IMG/VR virus record: IMGVR_UViG_2541047718_000017 | DNA from: a virus | Taxonomy: Duplodnaviria; Heunggongvirae; Uroviricota; Caudoviricetes | Length of the DNA stretch: 22,358 nt | Reading direction: 5' to 3' (one strand) | In this document: positions 16,574-22,358 of the stretch, in pieces | Numbering within the stretch: position 1 is the stretch's first letter | How the letters are laid out: every line of letters starts with the position of its first letter | The notes under the pieces: model-generated | What the model was told of the DNA's origin: nothing | Database searches by the model: none | The model's input: the letters and a program-made list of their open reading frames with translations, nothing else | Position numbers and translations under genes: made by a program

Positions 16574-17224
16574 TCAGCGGCTGTCATTGCGCAGTCTGCG
16601 CTCCAGCTGCTGTTTGTCTTTTTTCACGCCACAGCGGGGATCGAGCTGTAACGCATGGTTGAGATGATTAAGGGCGGAAGCCGGATTACTTTCACTCAGG
16701 ACAGCGCCAATCGCTTTATGCAGACGCGCCCGTGACTGGTCCGGCATGTCCAGACCGTCTGTCAGCTCCAGCGTCTGCAGCAACAGATCGACATCAAAGC
16801 CGGTAGTGGCAAGCATTGCGCTCTGTGCCGCGTCTGCCATTTCCTCTGCCAGCACGGTTTGCACATTGCGGTTACCCAGCGGCATCACCCAGCCATGACG
16901 CAGGGCATGACGCCCGATCTCCAGCGCCCCGGCATAATCTCCGGCATCAATGCGCCACAGCATCACGTACATCAGCACGTCATCCTGTTGAGCGCCTCCG
17001 GCAGCCAGAACACCCTCTGCCCAGGCGGCGTATTTCGGCAGCAGCTCCACCTTGATTTCCGCTTTTTTGACCGTGGACTGAACGCCCTTGAGACGGCGGC
17101 GATCTTCCGCCAGTTGCAGCAGCATCAGGTCATAGCCCGACGCGTGGCGAACGCTGCCGCCCTCACGGGCGGCCTGTTCAGCCTGAACGCGCAGGCGATG
17201 CTGCCGTGCGGGACTCAGGCTCAT
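16574..17224 (-). CDS. M: terminase small (endonuclease) subunit
   Basis: 216-aa ORF between N and L; resembles P2 gpM. Confidence 0.86.
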   Translation of the reverse strand: MSLSPARQHRLRVQAEQAAREGGSVRHASGYDLMLLQLAEDRRRLKGVQSTVKKAEIKVELLPKYAAWAEGVLAAGGAQQDDVLMYVMLWRIDAGDYAGALEIGRHALRHGWVMPLGNRNVQTVLAEEMADAAQSAMLATTGFDVDLLLQTLELTDGLDMPDQSRARLHKAIGAVLSESNPASALNHLNHALQLDPRCGVKKDKQQLERRLRNDSR

Positions 17225-17227
17225 GAA

Positions 17228-18286
17228 TTACGCTCCGGTTTCTGCTGCGGCGGCGCTAAAATCGCCAATCTGGATGTTTTCCACCAGTGCAGCGCAGCGG
17301 TAGTCCTCAACCACATAGGCTTCGTTAACGGATTCAAAGTTTTCAATCCGGTCACGTTTCGGGTTGTCGATAACTGAACGGCGGCGGGTGTCTTCCTGCC
17401 AGTAAATGGACAGGTTATCCAGACGGGTGATCAGCAGTGCATTCGGCGGGAAGAACGGCGCACGCACGGCCTGCAGGCCACCCATGCGTTTCTGACTGAT
17501 GATCATATCGGCAGCCAGTTTTTCACTGTTTTCCTGCTCTTTGTTGACCAGCGGGAAATACTTGTCAGACAGCAGTTCACGACCGCAAATCACCACCAGA
17601 TCGTCATCGTCCTGGTAGACCACGTCGATAAGCTCATTGACGGCATCCATCACCACAGCGTCCAGGTTGGCATATTCGCCACCTTTACCGACTTTCACCG
17701 CGCCCGGTGTGGTTTCACCGCCCGTGGTGGTGCTGCCCATAACGTGATCCGGTGCATCCTCACGGATTTTCTGCAGCCAGCCTTTGTTCACATCCTGCAG
17801 CAGCGGGTTTTCACTACGGTTGGAGGTTTTCGCACGCTTCACGCCGTTAAAGCCGATCATGATGCGGTCCAGTGCCTGACGTTTCACGATGGCGTCACGG
17901 ATACGCACCTGGAAATCCTGAAACTTCGCCCACAGGTCCAGCTTCGCGTAGGTCAGTACCGTGTCAAAGTTGGTCTGCTCGCATTTATATTCCACATCGA
18001 CCATCAGCGTCGGATCGACAGGTTCACGCTCTTTCGCGGTGGTATCAGTGGTTCCGGCAATGGTGCTGCCAACTCCCAACCCCAGCAGCTGACCGGACTG
18101 CTCAGTCACTGGCGTGACGTTAATCAGCGTCAGGAAAGCGGCGGACTGCTGGATCTGGTCTTCCAATGTCTGCTGCACGGACGGCTCTACGGTGAACTTG
18201 CTGGACAGTTCTTCAACTGCCACACCGTTCAGACGCGCCAGTTGCTGCAGATAAGCGTTAAAAGCAAAGCGGGTATTCTTCTTCAT
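17228..18286 (-). CDS. N: major capsid protein
   Basis: 352-aa ORF; MKKNTRFAFNAYLQQLARLNGV...FTVEPSVQQTL... collinear with P2 gpN. Confidence 0.93.
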   Translation of the reverse strand: MKKNTRFAFNAYLQQLARLNGVAVEELSSKFTVEPSVQQTLEDQIQQSAAFLTLINVTPVTEQSGQLLGLGVGSTIAGTTDTTAKEREPVDPTLMVDVEYKCEQTNFDTVLTYAKLDLWAKFQDFQVRIRDAIVKRQALDRIMIGFNGVKRAKTSNRSENPLLQDVNKGWLQKIREDAPDHVMGSTTTGGETTPGAVKVGKGGEYANLDAVVMDAVNELIDVVYQDDDDLVVICGRELLSDKYFPLVNKEQENSEKLAADMIISQKRMGGLQAVRAPFFPPNALLITRLDNLSIYWQEDTRRRSVIDNPKRDRIENFESVNEAYVVEDYRCAALVENIQIGDFSAAAAETGA

Positions 18287-18302
18287 CAGGTTTTGTGCTC
18301 CA

Positions 18303-19136
18303 TCAGCAATTGGTCAGAGTGTCAGCGGGGGCGTTACCGCCTGTTGCACGCTGGCGGTAGTCCTGGCGGCTGTCTTCATGGCTCAGCTTGTCCACCAGTT
18401 CGTTAAAGGCGGTCTGCTGTGCCTGCAGGGCAGTCTCCAGCTCAGACAGGCGTTCTTCCTGCTCAGACAGGGATTTTTCGGTGCGCGCACTCAGGTTCTG
18501 CTGCTCAGTGGCGACCAGTTCCACGGCCTTATGCACATCAGAGAACCGGGCGTCATCGGACTGCTCTTTTTTGGTGAACAGCGCCGTGACACGGGCAAAC
18601 AGGGACGGTTTGTCATCCTGGATTTCTTCCAGTTCGATCACCGTTTCCTCTGCAGCGGTAAAAAGATTGGCGGGATTCTGCTTGCGGTTTGCCAGCGGGT
18701 TATGGGCTGCACTGGCGCTGAATGTCAGCATTTCAGTGCCCAGACTGGCAGGGTCATCAGTGGCAGCCAGGCCGACCAGGTAGGCTTTGCCCGTATCAGC
18801 GAACTTCGGGCTAACTTCCATAGATGTGAATAATTTCTGGCCTTTTTTCACCAGTTCCACCAGGGACTCCGTTGGCTCAACGTCGGCATACAGCGCCATC
18901 TTGCCTGCCAGCGGACCTTCCTTGATTTCTTCAGCAAACAGCGCCGTCACCTTGCCGTAGCGGTTAAAGGTGCTGTCCGGCAGATAAGACTTGATGTGCT
19001 CAAGGTTAATCAGCGCGGTATACACCGCCGGGTTGTAGCTGGCTGCCATCTGTTCCAGCCATTCACGCTGGATTTCGCGTCCGTCGGTGGTGGCACCTTC
19101 CACCCCGATGCGAAAACGCTTTGCTTTCACTGTCAT
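18303..19136 (-). CDS. O: capsid scaffolding protein
   Basis: 277-aa ORF; MTVKAKRFRIGVEGATTDGREI... and an acidic/coiled-coil C-terminal half as in P2 gpO; GGAG Shine-Dalgarno upstream. Confidence 0.9.
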   Translation of the reverse strand: MTVKAKRFRIGVEGATTDGREIQREWLEQMAASYNPAVYTALINLEHIKSYLPDSTFNRYGKVTALFAEEIKEGPLAGKMALYADVEPTESLVELVKKGQKLFTSMEVSPKFADTGKAYLVGLAATDDPASLGTEMLTFSASAAHNPLANRKQNPANLFTAAEETVIELEEIQDDKPSLFARVTALFTKKEQSDDARFSDVHKAVELVATEQQNLSARTEKSLSEQEERLSELETALQAQQTAFNELVDKLSHEDSRQDYRQRATGGNAPADTLTNC

Positions 19137-19214
19137 GAGCCGTGCTCCGTTAGAAAAAACTTACTGGAGCCTTATGGTTGCGGTGATGGGGGCAGTGAAA
19201 CAATGCGCGGTATT

Positions 19215-19232
19215 TGTACCGACAACCACACA
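19215..19232 (+). promoter_or_regulatory. Ogr-box (TGT-N12-ACA) in the divergent O / P-Q promoter region
   Basis: tTTGTaccgacaaccacACAAa with 5-bp dyad arms, in the 142-bp gap between the O and P start codons; which promoter it serves is unresolved. Confidence 0.5.
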
Positions 19233-19278
19233 AACCGCAGGCGGGGAAAGCCTTCATTCAAGGTTGTAGGTTTGTGCC

Positions 19279-21045
19279 ATGAACACCACACTGACACCCG
19301 CAGATCTCGATCCCCGTCGGCAGGCCATGCTGCTGTACTTTCAGGGATACCGCGTAGCCCGCATTGCTGAAATGCTGGGCGAGAAAGTTGCAACCGTTCA
19401 CAGCTGGAAAAAACGCGACAAGTGGGGTGACTATGGGCCGCTGGATCAGATGCAGCTCACCACCGCCGCACGCTACTGCCAGCTCATCATGAAGGAGCAC
19501 AAAGAAGGGAAAGATTTCAAAGAGATTGACCTGCTGGCGCGCCAGTCGGAGCGCCACGCGCGGATCGGCAAGTTTAACAATGGCGGCAACGAAGCCGACT
19601 TAAACCCTAACGTCGCCAACCGCAATAAAGGCCCACGCCGTCAGCCGGAAAAGAATGTTTTCACCGATGAGCAGATTGAGAAGCTGGAAGAAATCTTCCA
19701 TTCCTCCATGTTCAACTACCAGCGCCACTGGTGGGAAGCCGGAAAAACCAACCGCATCCGCAACCTGCTGAAGTCACGCCAGATCGGCGCGACCTTTTAC
19801 TTTGCCCGTGAAGCCCTGATTGACGCCCTGCTTACCGGACGTAACCAGATTTTCCTTTCCGCCAGCAAGGCACAGGCCCACGTCTTTAAGCAGTACATCA
19901 TCGACTTCGCCAAAGAAGTGGGGGTGGAGTTGAAAGGCGATCCGATGGTGCTTCCTAACGGGGCCACGCTTTACTTCCTCGGCACCAATGCCCGCACGGC
20001 CCAGAGTTATCACGGCAACCTGTATCTGGATGAATATTTCTGGATACCGAAATTCCAGGAGCTGCGCAAAGTGGCTTCCGGTATGGCTATTCACAAAAAA
20101 TGGCGACAAACCTATTTTTCCACGCCATCCAGCCTGACACACAGTGCTTATCCGTTCTGGTCCGGTGCGCTGTTCAACCGTGGGCGCAACAAGGCCGACA
20201 AGGTGGACATCGACCTGTCCCACAGCAATCTGGCCCCCGGCCTGCTGTGCGCAGACGGGCAATACCGCCAGATAGTCACCGTGGAAGATGCGGTGCGCGG
20301 CGGCTGTAACCTGTTCGACCTTGACCAGTTGCGCATGGAGTACAGCCCGGACGAATACCAGAACCTGCTGATGTGCGAGTTTGTGGACGATCTCGCGTCC
20401 GTATTTCCGCTCAGCGAGCTGCAGGCGTGCATGGTGGACAGCTGGGAAGTCTGGACCGACTTTCATGCACTGGCTCTGCGCCCGTTTGGCTGGCGCGAAG
20501 TGTGGATCGGTTATGACCCGGCAAAAGGTACGCAAAACGGCGACAGCGCCGGATGCGTGGTGGTGGCACCGCCAGCCGTGCCTGGTGGTAAGTTCCGCAT
20601 TCTTGAGCGTCACCAGTGGCGCGGGATGGACTTCCGCGCCCAGGCTGACGCCATCAAAAAACTGACCGAACAGTACAACGTGACCTATATCGGTATCGAC
20701 TCAACCGGCGTTGGTCACGGGGTTTATGAGAACGTGAAAGCGTTCTTTCCTGCCGTCCGGGAGTTTGTCTACAACCCCAATGTTAAAAACGCCCTGGTAC
20801 TCAAGGCCTACGACATTATCAGCCACCGCCGTCTGGAGTTTGACGCCGGGCACACCGACATTGCGCAGTCATTTATGGCAATCCGTCGCGCTACCACTGC
20901 CAGTGGCAACCGCCCGACCTATGAAGCCAGCCGCAGCGAAGAAGCCAGCCATGCCGATCTGGCCTGGGCAACAATGCACGCACTGTTTAACGAACCGCTG
21001 CAGGGCGAGTCCGCCAATACCAGCAATATTGTGGAGATTTTTTGA
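19279..21045 (+). CDS. P: terminase large (ATPase) subunit
   Basis: 588-aa ORF divergent from O and followed by Q, as in P2. Confidence 0.92.
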   Translation: MNTTLTPADLDPRRQAMLLYFQGYRVARIAEMLGEKVATVHSWKKRDKWGDYGPLDQMQLTTAARYCQLIMKEHKEGKDFKEIDLLARQSERHARIGKFNNGGNEADLNPNVANRNKGPRRQPEKNVFTDEQIEKLEEIFHSSMFNYQRHWWEAGKTNRIRNLLKSRQIGATFYFAREALIDALLTGRNQIFLSASKAQAHVFKQYIIDFAKEVGVELKGDPMVLPNGATLYFLGTNARTAQSYHGNLYLDEYFWIPKFQELRKVASGMAIHKKWRQTYFSTPSSLTHSAYPFWSGALFNRGRNKADKVDIDLSHSNLAPGLLCADGQYRQIVTVEDAVRGGCNLFDLDQLRMEYSPDEYQNLLMCEFVDDLASVFPLSELQACMVDSWEVWTDFHALALRPFGWREVWIGYDPAKGTQNGDSAGCVVVAPPAVPGGKFRILERHQWRGMDFRAQADAIKKLTEQYNVTYIGIDSTGVGHGVYENVKAFFPAVREFVYNPNVKNALVLKAYDIISHRRLEFDAGHTDIAQSFMAIRRATTASGNRPTYEASRSEEASHADLAWATMHALFNEPLQGESANTSNIVEIF

Positions 21046-22079
21046 TGGGAAAGAGTAAGAAGAACCGCGCTGCGTCGACGAAACAGATCCAGCATAAAAG
21101 CCAGACTTCAGCCGAAGCATTCAGCTTCGGTGATCCCGTTCCTGTTCTGGACCGCCGCGAACTGCTGGACTATGTGGAATGCGTACAGATGGAGTGTTGG
21201 TACGAGCCACCCGTAAGTTTTGACGGACTGGCGCGCACCTTCCGGGCTGCCGTGCATCACAGTTCCCCGATTGCAGTAAAGTGCAACATTCTGACCAGTA
21301 CCTATATCCCTCATCCGCTGCTCAGCCAACAGGCTTTTTCGCGTTTTGTACAGGACTATCTGGTATTTGGTAACGCCTACCTGGAGAAACGCACGAACCG
21401 ATTCGGTGAAGTTATCGCCCTTGAGCCTGCGCTGGCAAAATACACCCGACGCGGGTTAGACCTGGATACCTACTGGTTTGTGCAATACGGTATGACAACC
21501 CAGCCGTATCAGTTCACGAAAGGCAGCATTTTTCAGCTGATGGAACCGGACATCAACCAGGAGATCTACGGCCTGCCCGGCTATCTTTCTGCCATCCCAT
21601 CCGCTTTGCTCAACGAGTCCGCCACGCTGTTCCGCCGCAAGTATTACATTAACGGCAGTCATGCCGGCTTCATCATGTACATGACCGATGCCGCGCAGAA
21701 CCAGGAGGATGTGAACAACCTCCGCAACGCAATGAAAAGCGCCAAAGGTCCGGGTAACTTCCGCAATCTGTTTATGTACTCGCCTAATGGTAAAAAAGAC
21801 GGACTTCAGATTATCCCGTTGTCAGAAGTCGCAGCGAAGGATGAATTTCTGAATATCAAAAATGTTAGTCGCGATGACATGATGGCAGCACACCGCGTGC
21901 CGCCACAGATGATGGGGATAATGCCAAATAATGTTGGGGGGTTTGGGGATGTGGAGAAGGCAAGTAATGTATTTGTACGCAATGAACTAATACCATTGCA
22001 AAAAAGATTTGAAGAGTTAAATGTTTGGTTAAAAGAAAAAGTGATACAGTTCGAAGAATATAAACTTCATTCAAATTAG
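21045..22079 (+). CDS. Q: portal protein
   Basis: Overlaps the P stop (TGATG); about 344 aa as in P2 gpQ; the last 50 codons are markedly AT-rich. Start taken at the ATG (track used a TTG at 21042). Confidence 0.9.
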   Translation: MGKSKKNRAASTKQIQHKSQTSAEAFSFGDPVPVLDRRELLDYVECVQMECWYEPPVSFDGLARTFRAAVHHSSPIAVKCNILTSTYIPHPLLSQQAFSRFVQDYLVFGNAYLEKRTNRFGEVIALEPALAKYTRRGLDLDTYWFVQYGMTTQPYQFTKGSIFQLMEPDINQEIYGLPGYLSAIPSALLNESATLFRRKYYINGSHAGFIMYMTDAAQNQEDVNNLRNAMKSAKGPGNFRNLFMYSPNGKKDGLQIIPLSEVAAKDEFLNIKNVSRDDMMAAHRVPPQMMGIMPNNVGGFGDVEKASNVFVRNELIPLQKRFEELNVWLKEKVIQFEEYKLHSN

Positions 22080-22085
22080 CTTTAA

Positions 22086-22104
22086 GGCTGCCAGTTTGGC
22101 AGCC
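22086..22104 (+). terminator. hairpin GGCTGCCA-gtt-TGGCAGCC downstream of Q (candidate terminator)
   Basis: 8-bp perfect stem, 3-nt loop, 7 nt after the Q stop; followed by an AT-rich tract but no clean U-run. Confidence 0.35.
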
Positions 22105-22154
22105 AGAACCTTTATCGCCATTTTAGATAAAAAGCAAAAAATGGATCAGTAATA

Positions 22155-22358
22155 TGAACCGCCCCGGGAATCCTGGAGACTAAACTTCCTGAGAAAGAGG
22201 TAAACAGGATGACTAAAAATACTCGTTTTTCCCCCGAAGTCCGTCAACGGGCAGTCCGTATGGTTCTGGAAAGTCAGAGCGAATATGACTCACAATGGGC
22301 GACAATTTGTTCCATTGCTCCAAAGATTGGCTGTACGCCGGAGACTCTGCGTGTCTGG
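22155..22358 (+). mobile_element. IS3-family insertion sequence, left end (IS629/IS1203/IS3411-like), truncated by the window edge
   Basis: Terminal TGAACCGCCCCGGGAATCCTGGAGACTAAACTTCC matches the IS629-group left inverted repeat as I remember it, followed by the orfA start. Confidence 0.8.
22209..22358 (+). CDS. IS3-family transposase OrfA (N-terminal HTH part, partial)
   Basis: Translation [50 protein letters not shown] is characteristic of IS629-group OrfA. Confidence 0.8.
   Translation, partial: MTKNTRFSPEVRQRAVRMVLESQSEYDSQWATICSIAPKIGCTPETLRVW

Noticed and set aside
19273-19290. Second TGT-N12-ACA match overlapping the P start codon
   Set aside because: The pattern is short (expected by chance several times in 22 kb), it has no extended dyad, and its position over the ATG is incompatible with an upstream activator site.
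1-22358. CRISPR arrays, tRNA/rRNA genes, integrase/attachment site
   Set aside because: No direct-repeat/spacer periodicity and no tRNA-like structure seen; the integrase/att region of P2-type phages lies beyond ogr, outside this window.

Overview
This window is the late (structural and lysis) region of a P2-like temperate phage or prophage from an enterobacterial host. Almost all genes are on the minus strand in canonical P2 order: ogr, D, U, T, E/E', FII, (FI), tail-fibre region, I, J, W, V, S, R, lysC/lysB/lysA, K, holin, X, L, M, N, O. P and Q are divergent on the plus strand, and the window ends in the left end of an IS3-family (IS629-like) insertion sequence. All homology calls are from reading the supplied translations against remembered P2, Mu, Gin and Pin proteins; no search was run. 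Coordinates I derived by hand (sites, boxes, junctions) may be off by 1-2 bp, because one local check (around 15.1 kb) disagreed by one base with the ORF track. The unusual part is 6.2-9.8 kb. A Gin/Pin/Cin-type serine invertase and a Mu G-segment-like invertible tail-fibre cassette sit between FII and H, and the tail sheath gene FI is split into two pieces on opposite strands (C-terminal 71 codons at 5975-6195 minus; N-terminal 319 codons at 8835-9797 plus). The tail-fibre constant region H (9781-10836, minus) stops right after a recombination core and is not joined to either variable exon. Both breakpoints share a 7-bp core (AAGGTAT / ATACCTT) inside 26-bp invertase-type sites. Re-inverting 6195-9787 in silico restores an intact sheath ORF (about 390 aa), an in-frame H-Hv fusion (about 511 aa), and the canonical order H, cassette, invertase, P_F late promoter, FI, FII. 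I therefore read this as a roughly 3.6-kb inversion between the genuine crossover site in H and a cryptic site inside FI, most likely a tail-defective (locked-off) state. Other points: a -1 frameshift site for E+E', three Ogr-type late-promoter boxes, an AT-rich 3' end of Q next to the IS, and a probable pinholin/SAR-endolysin lysis cassette.
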